A stretch of 64,000 bases of DNA from contig JAZSQB010000069.1 in assembly GCA_045537695.1 (NCBI GenBank), forward strand, positions 4,730 through 68,729, given 5' to 3'. The stretch comes from Clostridia bacterium (lineage in GTDB: Bacteria > Bacillota > Clostridia > UBA1381 > UMGS1253). A program made the translations under genes and the position numbers. Below the pieces are notes generated by a model, which ran no database searches, was not told the origin of the DNA, and saw only the letters and a program-made list of their open reading frames with translations. Position 1 is the stretch's first letter; each line of letters begins with the position of its first letter. Of this stretch, positions 1 to 8,134 are shown piece after piece.

Positions 1-563
1 GCCGGAATCCCGTACTTTTCCACCGCTCTTTTTCTTGCAAGCTTAGCCGCCAAATCCATCGGCGCACTGAGTGGCAACAAATTTTTAATCAAACTTGGAA
101 AACGCACGCGAATCAAACGCACAATTGCGGGGCACGCCGTTGAAATCACCGGCATTTCCAATTTCTTTTGCATCAGCAAATCCATCGTCGCAATCGTAAC
201 AATTTCCGCCGCTCTCGCCACTTCGTACACATCGTCAAAACCGATTTCCTTTAAACCGTTTAAAATCAGATTGATATCGCGCACGTTATGAAACTGTCCG
301 TACAGTGCCGGTGCCGGCAGTGCAATCTTGTATTTAAAATTATATATACTGTCAAACGGGTCTGTAACTGCCTGCTTTGCATGATACGGACACACGCGTA
401 TACATTCGCCGCAATCTATACAGCGTTCTTTGATAATTCTCGCTTTGCCGTCACGCACACGAATCGCCTCCGTCGGACAGCGACGGATGCAGTTTGTACA
501 ACCCATACATTTTTCTTTATCTAACGTTACTGAATGAAAATATGTCTGTCCCAAAGCTTTCAC
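1..563 (-). CDS. [FeFe]-hydrogenase-like iron-sulfur protein, N-terminal part (rest of gene lies beyond window start)
   Basis: Absent from ORF track because it runs off the edge. My reverse-strand translation reads ..SVTLDKEKCMGCTNCIRRCPTEAIRVRDGKARIIKERCIDCGECIRVCPYHAKQAV.. (two CxxCxxCxxxCP ferredoxin motifs), then ..EMPVISTACPAIVRLIRVRF.. resembling the TSCCP H-cluster motif with one Cys replaced. GTG at 563-561 is the first in-frame start after a TAG. Confidence 0.6.
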   Translation of the reverse strand, partial: MKALGQTYFHSVTLDKEKCMGCTNCIRRCPTEAIRVRDGKARIIKERCIDCGECIRVCPYHAKQAVTDPFDSIYNFKYKIALPAPALYGQFHNVRDINLILNGLKEIGFDDVYEVARAAEIVTIATMDLLMQKKLEMPVISTACPAIVRLIRVRFPSLIKNLLPLSAPMDLAAKLARKRAVEKYGIP

Positions 564-575
564 ATCCTATCTGCG

Positions 576-998
576 TCAGCAATAAATCACCATTTCTACA
601 GTAGTTCCTACGCCGACCTCCGATTTCACTGTCATTTCATCGGTATAGTTTTTCATATTCGGAAGCCCCATGCCGGCACCGAAGCCGAGGTCTCTGGCTT
701 CCTGGCTCGCCGTAGAATACCCTTCTTTCATTGCAAGTTCTACGTCCGCAATGCCGGGTCCCTTATCAGAGAGCACGATTCGGATTGTGTCCGGGTCTAT
801 ATACACATCCGCTACGCCGCCGTCCGCATGAATTACCATGTTGATTTCGCCTTCATACATAGCAATTGCCGCTCGACGAATCACAGCCGGATCAAACCCG
901 AGCTGGTTGAGTGTTTTCTTCACCTTGCCGGAAGCTGCGCCGGCATCCACAAAATTATTACCGTCAATATTGAATTGCAATTTAATGGTTTCTGCCAT
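576..998 (-). CDS. HATPase_c-only ATP-binding protein (anti-sigma-factor / Ser-kinase-like)
   Basis: 140-aa ORF. N-box-like and G-box-like segments (DKGPGI, GFGAGMGLPN). No dimerisation/His-phosphotransfer domain. Confidence 0.7.
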   Translation of the reverse strand: MAETIKLQFNIDGNNFVDAGAASGKVKKTLNQLGFDPAVIRRAAIAMYEGEINMVIHADGGVADVYIDPDTIRIVLSDKGPGIADVELAMKEGYSTASQEARDLGFGAGMGLPNMKNYTDEMTVKSEVGVGTTVEMVIYC

Positions 999-1019
999 AA
1001 TACGGTTGCCTCCCGTCGG

Positions 1020-1364
1020 TTATTTTCGCGGTACCAAGCCCGCCGCATACAATTCGCCACACGCTACATACATCGGCTTTTGTGTGCGCATCAGCACCAT
1101 ACCGCGTTCCTTGGCAAGTAAAATCATTTCTGCGCTCGGCACCTTGCCGCGCACAAAAACAATCACTTTGATATCCATCATTTCCGCCGTACGTACCACC
1201 TGCGGATTTACAAGACCGGTCAAAAGCAGCCCTTCCTCTTTTACGAACGCCAATACATCGCTCATCATATCGCTGCCGCAAGCCGTTTTGACTTCCATCT
1301 CCAGCAATTCTTCGCCGGTTTCCACAACCGCGTCCAATAATTCTTTTACTTCTTTTACTTTCAT
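1020..1364 (-). CDS. DRTGG domain-containing protein
   Basis: 114-aa ORF with LLLTGLVNPQVVRTAEMMDIKVIVFVRGK, typical of DRTGG domains. Sits in the known context next to hydrogenase-like sensor genes. Confidence 0.65.
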   Translation of the reverse strand: MKVKEVKELLDAVVETGEELLEMEVKTACGSDMMSDVLAFVKEEGLLLTGLVNPQVVRTAEMMDIKVIVFVRGKVPSAEMILLAKERGMVLMRTQKPMYVACGELYAAGLVPRK

Positions 1365-1429
1365 AGCAGTCTCCCCACTTTCGGTTTTACTTCTAATTCT
1401 TCTAACCGATATTTATATTATACCACTAT

Positions 1430-1461
1430 AAAAGAACATGCACAAGAGTTTTTTCTTGTGC
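1430..1461 (-). terminator. hairpin terminator downstream of birA
   Basis: GCACAAGA (1440-1447) pairs with TCTTGTGC (1454-1461). Followed on the minus strand by a T-rich run. Confidence 0.5.
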
Positions 1462-1485
1462 ACGTTGCATAAAAACATTGTTTAT

Positions 1486-2277
1486 TTATTGTTCTGTTCT
1501 TCTAATGGAGATTTCCGCGCTGCGCAGAACTTCCGCTTCACCGTCCGCGTAAGTTACGCACAAACCACCCTCCGCATCAATATCCGTCACAAAAGCAGCA
1601 CGACCGATTCCGTTTTGCAGTACCGTTACGTATTTACCGATGACAAAGCTTCGTGCACGGTATTCCTGCATGACATTCTTATCCGAAAGCGTATCGTACA
1701 CTGCACACAGTTCGTTTATTAATTCTGCCGCAAGCATATCGCATGACGGCACGTTGTCCGCATGTCTGTCAAGCGTGGTCACTATTTCTTTTAATTCCGC
1801 ATCAAATGCATCGTAGCCGCAGACATTGACACCGACGCCGACAATGATCGTTTTAATTTTTCCGCTTGTCGCATCCGTTACGGCTTCCGTCAATATACCG
1901 CATACTTTTTTGCCGCCGAGATACACATCGTTGACCCATTTGATTTCTGCTTTTTCACGTGCATATCCGTTCAGCACGCGGCAGACCGCAACCGCCGCAG
2001 CTGCCGTAACCAACAAAACCGCATCTGCATTGTCTTCCGCATCAAAGGCAACACTTAAATAGATACCGTTTCCCTTCGGCGAAACAAAGGTCCTGCCGAG
2101 CCGTCCCCGACCGCCGCTCTGGCTGTCGGCAAGCACCGCCGTTTTGTGCATAACCGGCTGTGTACGGCACAGAGTTTTCAAATATGTATTTGTAGAATCA
2201 ATCTCATCAAACACAGCATGCAGCGTGATATTCTTATCCAAAGCACATACAATTTTTTTCTCATCCATACCTTTCAC
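1486..2277 (-). CDS. birA: biotin--[acetyl-CoA-carboxylase] ligase (class I, no HTH)
   Basis: GRGRLGRTFVSPKGNGIYLS and KWVNDVY motifs. 263 aa. Confidence 0.85.
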   Translation of the reverse strand: MKGMDEKKIVCALDKNITLHAVFDEIDSTNTYLKTLCRTQPVMHKTAVLADSQSGGRGRLGRTFVSPKGNGIYLSVAFDAEDNADAVLLVTAAAAVAVCRVLNGYAREKAEIKWVNDVYLGGKKVCGILTEAVTDATSGKIKTIIVGVGVNVCGYDAFDAELKEIVTTLDRHADNVPSCDMLAAELINELCAVYDTLSDKNVMQEYRARSFVIGKYVTVLQNGIGRAAFVTDIDAEGGLCVTYADGEAEVLRSAEISIRRTEQ

Positions 2278-2278
2278 C

Positions 2279-2310
2279 TAAAAGAAAACGGGCGAACGTG
2301 GTTCACCCGT
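2279..2310 (-). terminator. rho-independent terminator downstream of ychF
   Basis: ACGGGCGAAC (2288-2297) pairs with GTTCACCCGT (2301-2310). TTTTCTTT follows on the minus strand. Confidence 0.6.
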
Positions 2311-2320
2311 TAAATTCAAA

Positions 2321-3412
2321 TCAGACATTGAAACGGAACAGTACAATATCTCCGTCTTTCATCACATAATCCTTGCCTTCGGAACGGACAAGCCCTTTTT
2401 CCTTTGCCGCAACCATATTGCCGCAAGCGATAAGGTCATCATAATGGATAACTTCCGCACGGATAAAGCCCTTTTCAAAATCCGAATGGATTTTACCTGC
2501 CGCCTGCGGTGCCTTTGTGCCGTTGGTAATTGTCCATGCGCGAACTTCCGGCTCACCGGCAGTCAGATAACTGATTAAGCCGAGCAACTTGTAGCTGGAC
2601 TTTACAATCTTGTCAAGGCCGGATTCTGCCATGCCCATTTCGGCAAGGAATTCCTGCTTTTCTTCCGGCTCAAGCTCTGCGATTTCTTCTTCGATTCTTG
2701 CACAAATGGCAATCACTTCCGAGCCTTCCGCATCTGCAATGCCCTTCACTTCGGCAACCATCGCGTTCTCCGATGCATCTGCCGCTTCATCTTCGGACAC
2801 ATTTGCAGCATACAGTACCGGCTTCATAGTCAGAAGCGCAACTTCGCGCATCATTTCTCTTTCTTCATCGCTGTAGTCAAGCGCACGCGCCGGCTTACCT
2901 TCTTCAAGCCCAGCCTTTACGCGCTCTAAAAGGTCGAGCTCAATCTGGAATTTCTTATCGCCCTTCAGTGCCTTTTTTACGCGGTCAATTCTGCGCTCAA
3001 TCATTTCCATATCGGCAAATACGAGCTCGAGATTGATGGTTTCAATATCACGTGCCGGACCGATGCTGCCGTCCACATGCACGATGTTGGAGTCTTCAAA
3101 GCAACGTACTACATGCACGATGGCATCCACTTCACGGATGTGGGACAGAAACTTATTTCCGAGACCTTCACCGCGGCTTGCGCCCTTTACAAGACCTGCG
3201 ATATCCACAAACTCAATCATCGCCGGCGTAACCTTCTTCGGGTTGTGCATTTTGGTAAGCACATCGAGTCTTTCATCCGGCACAGCTACGATGCCGACAT
3301 TCGGCTCAATCGTACAGAACGGATAGTTTGCAGACTCCGCGCCCGCCTGTGTAATTGCATTAAAAAGTGTGGATTTTCCGACATTCGGCAGACCAACTAT
3401 ACCGAGTTTCAT
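2321..3412 (-). CDS. ychF: redox-regulated ribosome-binding ATPase YchF
   Basis: MKLGIVGLPNVGKSTLFNA P-loop, 363 aa, C-terminal TGS-like ..KDGDIVLFRFNV. Confidence 0.95.
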   Translation of the reverse strand: MKLGIVGLPNVGKSTLFNAITQAGAESANYPFCTIEPNVGIVAVPDERLDVLTKMHNPKKVTPAMIEFVDIAGLVKGASRGEGLGNKFLSHIREVDAIVHVVRCFEDSNIVHVDGSIGPARDIETINLELVFADMEMIERRIDRVKKALKGDKKFQIELDLLERVKAGLEEGKPARALDYSDEEREMMREVALLTMKPVLYAANVSEDEAADASENAMVAEVKGIADAEGSEVIAICARIEEEIAELEPEEKQEFLAEMGMAESGLDKIVKSSYKLLGLISYLTAGEPEVRAWTITNGTKAPQAAGKIHSDFEKGFIRAEVIHYDDLIACGNMVAAKEKGLVRSEGKDYVMKDGDIVLFRFNV

Positions 3413-3558
3413 ATATCTTCATTCTCCTTTATTTTCAAGGGTTTCAAATTGACCTGACACCAATTTGACACCATTACATTTTAATAGTTTCCTACTTTAC
3501 ATCAAAACATTATATCACAATACCGAATAATAGTCAATTATTCTGCGTGTTTTTGTTT
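3413..3558. repeat. att-like repeat copy A (ychF upstream arm + core CTGACACCAATTTGACACCATT + X arm)
   Basis: Core at 3454-3475. X-arm end at 3511-3558. Aligns with copies at 11114-11277 and 16863-17006. Confidence 0.8.
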
Positions 3559-3672
3559 CAATTTTGCTACGATTTTTTCATAGATTAACTTTCTTTTAAC
3601 TTTGTGAATTTATAATAATATTAAAATCAGGAAAATGTTTTGAATTTGACATAGCTCGGGAGGTGATAACAA

Positions 3673-4338
3673 GTGAAATTCAGGCATGAATACAAGCATC
3701 AAATAAACCTTGCTGATATATACGGTCTCAGGACAAGGCTTAGTGCAGTTGCAAAGTACGATCCTAATGCAGGCGAAGATGGGACATATTTTATCAAGAG
3801 CTTATATTTTGATAATTATATGGATAAAGCTCTTCGAGAAAAGATTGATGGATTGAATAAGCGAGAAAAGTTTCGTATCAGGTACTACGGAACCGACACA
3901 TCCTTTATCCGATTAGAGAAAAAAAGCAAAATAAACGGTTTATGTAATAAAGAAAGCTGCAGAATTACTGCTGAGGAATGTCAAAAGCTTATTGTCGGCG
4001 ATATTGAGTTTATGAAGGATAGTGAACATGAGCTGATACGAGAGTTATACTCTAAGATGAAATATCAGGTTCTCCGACCTAAATGTATCGTAGCATACAC
4101 CCGTGAGTGTTTTGTATATCCACCCGGGAATGTGAGGGTAACACTTGATATGAATATCTGTGGCAGTAACAATGTAAGGGAATTCCTGAATCCTGATTTG
4201 CCTTTCTTGCAGACTTATCACGAAGCAATCTTAGAAGTAAAATGGGATGAGTTTCTTCCACAGATTATTAGGGACTGTGTTCAGGTTAAATCAAGAAGAA
4301 GTGCCGCCTTCTCAAAATATGCGGCAATAAGAATATAA
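3673..4338 (+). CDS. VTC-domain (polyphosphate polymerase-like, CYTH/tunnel fold) protein
   Basis: 221 aa. MKFRHEYKH.., SLYFDN, KFRIRYYG, RLEKKSK, EVKWDE pattern typical of bacterial VTC-domain proteins. GTG start with GGGAGGTG RBS upstream. Confidence 0.75.
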   Translation: MKFRHEYKHQINLADIYGLRTRLSAVAKYDPNAGEDGTYFIKSLYFDNYMDKALREKIDGLNKREKFRIRYYGTDTSFIRLEKKSKINGLCNKESCRITAEECQKLIVGDIEFMKDSEHELIRELYSKMKYQVLRPKCIVAYTRECFVYPPGNVRVTLDMNICGSNNVREFLNPDLPFLQTYHEAILEVKWDEFLPQIIRDCVQVKSRRSAAFSKYAAIRI

Positions 4339-4367
4339 ATAAACTTAATGGAAGGAAGTAAAAAATT

Positions 4368-5039
4368 ATGACTTTTTCAGATGTATTTAAATCAAGCTTT
4401 TTATCAAACATCAATTCTTTTTCAACACTTGATGTGCTTTTAGCACTTGGACTTTCCTTTGTTTTGGGACTGTTTATCTTTTTTATTTATAAGAAAACCT
4501 ATCAGGGTGTTATGTATTCCGACTCTTTTGGTGTATCACTTATTGCGATGTCAATGATTACAAGCCTTGTTATTATTGCGGTAACATCAAATGTTGTGTT
4601 GTCACTTGGTATGGTCGGTGCTCTTTCTATCGTTCGTTTCAGAACTGCAATTAAAGAGCCTATGGACATTGCATTTTTATTTTGGTCAATAGCAGTTGGT
4701 ATCGTTCTCGGTGCAGGACTTCTTCCTCTTGCAATTATCGGCTCGGTTATTATCGGAATCATTATCGTAGTTTTCTCAACAAGAAAAATCGGTGATATTC
4801 CTTATATCCTTGTTGTAAACTGCGAAAGCGAAGAAACAGAAAATGAAGCATACGAACTTATTAAAGAAGAAGCAAAGAAAAGCCTTTTGAAATCAAAATC
4901 AATAAATAAATTAGGTGTTGAGCTTACATATGAAGTACGCATCAAAGATGATAACACAGGTTTTGTAAATAAAATCTCAGCTTGCAAAGGTGTAACAAAT
5001 GCAGTTTTAGTTTCCTATAACGGCGAATATATGTCGTAA
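4368..5039 (+). CDS. DUF4956 domain membrane protein
   Basis: 223 aa. About 4-5 hydrophobic helices. LSIVRFRTAIKEPMDIAFLFWSIAVGI signature. Soluble C-terminal tail. Confidence 0.75.
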   Translation: MTFSDVFKSSFLSNINSFSTLDVLLALGLSFVLGLFIFFIYKKTYQGVMYSDSFGVSLIAMSMITSLVIIAVTSNVVLSLGMVGALSIVRFRTAIKEPMDIAFLFWSIAVGIVLGAGLLPLAIIGSVIIGIIIVVFSTRKIGDIPYILVVNCESEETENEAYELIKEEAKKSLLKSKSINKLGVELTYEVRIKDDNTGFVNKISACKGVTNAVLVSYNGEYMS

Positions 5040-5057
5040 GATGAAAGGAGACTTAAA

Positions 5058-5627
5058 ATGCTGAAAAAAGTAATTCCGATAGTCCTTATGCTATGCTTGT
5101 TATTTAGTATAAGCGTAATGGCTGAAAATGAAAATCCGGTAAGTGAAGAAACTATACCCGAAGTATCACAGCAGATGCCGCAAGGTGCCGAGGAACGCCC
5201 ACAAGGCGGTCGTGGTAATATGGGTATGCCACCATCAGACGATATGCAAGGAAGAACTCCGCCGAATATGCCGAGCGGAGAGATGCCATCCGAAGGTATG
5301 AACAGAGGTCAAAGACCTTCAGGTAATTTTACTCCTCCACAGAACAACGATACAAATAATAACGCCGAAGCTACAACGCCTCAAGACGGTGATACGTCAG
5401 CGGAAAATTCGCAAATTCCAAATGGTAATCATCAGTTTGGCGGTCAGATGCCCGGCGGTATGGGCGGATTTCCCGGTAATATGCAAAACTTTAATGGGCA
5501 GACTCAGGAAGAGGTGCCTATGACATTTTTAGGCTTTGTTAAAACATATTCTACTCCTATAACTTCTGTAATTCTTTTAGCGTTGGCATTTGTTTTTGTT
5601 GTTTTTTACAGAAGAAAAAATTATTGA
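5058..5627 (+). CDS. secreted, C-terminally membrane-anchored low-complexity (Met/Pro/Gly/Asn/Gln-rich) protein
   Basis: Signal peptide MLKKVIPIVLMLCLLFSISVMA. About 130 aa disordered with MP and GG(F/M)GG motifs. C-terminal TM ITSVILLALAFVFVVFYRRKNY. Confidence 0.6.
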   Translation: MLKKVIPIVLMLCLLFSISVMAENENPVSEETIPEVSQQMPQGAEERPQGGRGNMGMPPSDDMQGRTPPNMPSGEMPSEGMNRGQRPSGNFTPPQNNDTNNNAEATTPQDGDTSAENSQIPNGNHQFGGQMPGGMGGFPGNMQNFNGQTQEEVPMTFLGFVKTYSTPITSVILLALAFVFVVFYRRKNY

Positions 5628-5675
5628 TATATTGAATGCCAACTAAATCTTGAAGAAAAGGAGGGTGAATATCAT

Positions 5676-7346
5676 ATGCTATCAAGTAAATATATTTCAA
5701 AAATAACGATTATACTTGTATCTGTTGTTTTGATTTTATGCGTTCTTGCAATGACTTTTTATGATAAGCTGTTACCTGTTGTAAATGATATGGGTTACAG
5801 TATGGAATATCAGGACAAGCTCTTTGATACAAGCAATATTATTGATATAAATATCGTTATGGATGAGACACAGTGGAATGAAATGCTCCAAAATGCAAGG
5901 CAGGAACAATATTATGAATGTGATGTTGTGATAAACGGAACTACTTTTAGGCAGGTCGGAATCAGACCAAAAGGAAATACAAGTCTTTCATCCATTGCAA
6001 GCGACCCAGACAATAACAGATATAGTTTTAAACTTGAATTTGACCAATTCGTTGACGGGCAGACTTGTTTCGGACTTGATAAATTAGCATTAAATAATAG
6101 CTATGCTGACACCACTAATATGAAGGAAGCAATCATTTATGATATGTTTCAGTTTTTAGATGCAGATGCTTCTCTTTACAACTATGCTAAGATTTCTGTA
6201 AATAATGAATATTGGGGTGTGTATCTTGCACTTGAAGCCGTTGAAGATAGTTTTATGCTACGCAATTACGGTATGGAAAAGGGATATTTATATAAGCCTG
6301 AAAATATGGGACGTGGCAATAACAATGGCGACAAAAAAGCAGAGGGCAATAATTTTCATGCACCGCCCGAAGGTGGATTTAAAATGCCGGAGAATTTTGA
6401 AAATGGCGCTCAAAACAGACCTCAAATGCCAAACCTTGAAACAAATACTCAAAACGAATCTGCACAAGGAGAAAGAAATCAATTCCCTAATGGTGGATTT
6501 GGCGGCGGCGAAAGAGCCGGACGTGGTGGATTCTTCGGTGGTATGGGTGGCGGAAGTAATTTGAATTATACCGATGATAATTTAGATAGTTATCAGACAA
6601 TATGGAATGGTGAGGTTACTGACAGTACGAAATCAGACCACAAGAGAGTTGTTGATGCACTTAAGAATGTTCACGAAAAAAATAATATTGAAAAATATAT
6701 TGATGTTGACCAAGTATTAAAGTATATGGCGGTTCATAACTTTTCTGTCAATGACGATAGTTTAAGCGGTTCTATGGCTCATAACTATTATCTGTATGAA
6801 GCAAATGGTCAAATCAGCATTTTGCCGTGGGATTACAACCTTGCTTTTGGCGGAATGCATCGTGCTGACGGAACAACCGTTATCAATGAACCTATTGACG
6901 ACTTATGGCAAGGAACAAAGCTTTTGGATTTTGTTTTAGAAAATGAAGAATATAAGGCTCGTTATCACGAGTATTACAATAAACTCGTGAACGAATATCT
7001 GCATGGCGGCAAATTTGAAGAAACATATAACAGAATTACCGGTCAGATAGATGAGCTTGTAAAAACTGATCCGAACAGTATGTATACCTATGAGGAATAT
7101 ACAAAAGGTATAGAAGTTTTATATGATACAGTAATGCTCCGTGCTGAAAGTATTAAAGGTCAACTTAACGGAACCATCCCGTCAACATCAGAAGGTCAGA
7201 AAGCAGATTCTTCAAAGCTTGTTGATGCATCACATCTAAATCTTTCCGATTTGGGACAGTTTAGAATGGGCGGTTTTGGTGGAAATCGAAATAACGGTGA
7301 ATGGGAAATGCCGGAAAGAAATAATCAGAACGTATCAAACGAGTAA
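5676..7346 (+). CDS. CotH family protein (atypical kinase fold), N-terminal membrane anchor
   Basis: 556 aa. FRQVGIRPKGNTS, KLEFDQF, LNNSYADTTNMKEAI, NEYWGVYLALEAVE. Carries a G/N/F/M-rich insert (about aa 205-295). Confidence 0.8.
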   Translation: MLSSKYISKITIILVSVVLILCVLAMTFYDKLLPVVNDMGYSMEYQDKLFDTSNIIDINIVMDETQWNEMLQNARQEQYYECDVVINGTTFRQVGIRPKGNTSLSSIASDPDNNRYSFKLEFDQFVDGQTCFGLDKLALNNSYADTTNMKEAIIYDMFQFLDADASLYNYAKISVNNEYWGVYLALEAVEDSFMLRNYGMEKGYLYKPENMGRGNNNGDKKAEGNNFHAPPEGGFKMPENFENGAQNRPQMPNLETNTQNESAQGERNQFPNGGFGGGERAGRGGFFGGMGGGSNLNYTDDNLDSYQTIWNGEVTDSTKSDHKRVVDALKNVHEKNNIEKYIDVDQVLKYMAVHNFSVNDDSLSGSMAHNYYLYEANGQISILPWDYNLAFGGMHRADGTTVINEPIDDLWQGTKLLDFVLENEEYKARYHEYYNKLVNEYLHGGKFEETYNRITGQIDELVKTDPNSMYTYEEYTKGIEVLYDTVMLRAESIKGQLNGTIPSTSEGQKADSSKLVDASHLNLSDLGQFRMGGFGGNRNNGEWEMPERNNQNVSNE

Positions 7347-7352
7347 ATTCAT

Positions 7353-7379
7353 AAGGTGTGGCGAAGTTCGTCACACCTT
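7353..7379 (+). terminator. possible hairpin after the CotH gene
   Basis: AAGGTGTG (7353-7360) pairs with CACACCTT (7372-7379). Weak T-run. Confidence 0.4.
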
Positions 7380-7461
7380 GAATATTATATAGAAAATGTT
7401 TGGGTTTCTTGTAATTTGAGCTATAATATGTTATAATTGGTTATGCAAAAGAGGTGAAATT

Positions 7462-8133
7462 ATGCGACTTTTGGTTGTTGAAGATGAAAAGCATCTTAAT
7501 AAAACACTAACGGAAAGACTGACAAAAATCGGTTATACCGTTGACAGTTGCTTTGATGGCGAGGATGCTTTGTACTATATAGAAAACACACAATATGACG
7601 GGATTATACTTGATGTTATGATGCCGAAGATTAATGGCTTTGATGTTCTTCGAATAATGCGTGAAAAGAAAATATTAACTCCTGTTTTGATGCTCACGGC
7701 GAAGGATTCGGATGAAGATATAATAATGGGACTTGATACCGGAGCAAATGATTATCTTACAAAACCATTTTCCTTTGACATCCTCTGTGCAAGAATCAGG
7801 GCGATGCTCCGAGTAAAAGAAAATATTACGGGAAGTGTGCTTGAAATTGCGGATTTGAGCATAGATACAACCACAAGACTTGTAAAGCGTGGAGATACAG
7901 TAATTGAGCTTTCGTCAAAGGAATACTCTGTACTTGAATACCTTATGCGAAATAAAGGCATTATCGTATCAAAAGAAAAGATTGAAGAAAATATTTGGAA
8001 CTATGAATACGAGGGTTCGAGCGATGTTATAAAGGTATATATCCACCACCTGCGTAAAAAGATTGATGATAACTACGAGGAAAAATTGCTCCATACCATA
8101 AAAAATGTGGGGTATGTGATAAAGGAAGATTAA
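7462..8133 (+). CDS. OmpR-family response regulator
   Basis: MRLLVVEDE.. receiver domain, DVMMPKINGF, winged-helix C-terminus (VYIHHLRKKID). Confidence 0.9.
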   Translation: MRLLVVEDEKHLNKTLTERLTKIGYTVDSCFDGEDALYYIENTQYDGIILDVMMPKINGFDVLRIMREKKILTPVLMLTAKDSDEDIIMGLDTGANDYLTKPFSFDILCARIRAMLRVKENITGSVLEIADLSIDTTTRLVKRGDTVIELSSKEYSVLEYLMRNKGIIVSKEKIEENIWNYEYEGSSDVIKVYIHHLRKKIDDNYEEKLLHTIKNVGYVIKED

Positions 8134-8134
8134 G

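Noticed and set aside
534-1431. Long plus-strand ORFs (534-1121, 838-1431) across the left-edge cluster.
   Set aside because: They lie antisense to well-supported HATPase and DRTGG genes. Their composition is odd (Ser/Arg/Ile-rich), they have no RBS and no recognisable motifs. They are shadow ORFs.
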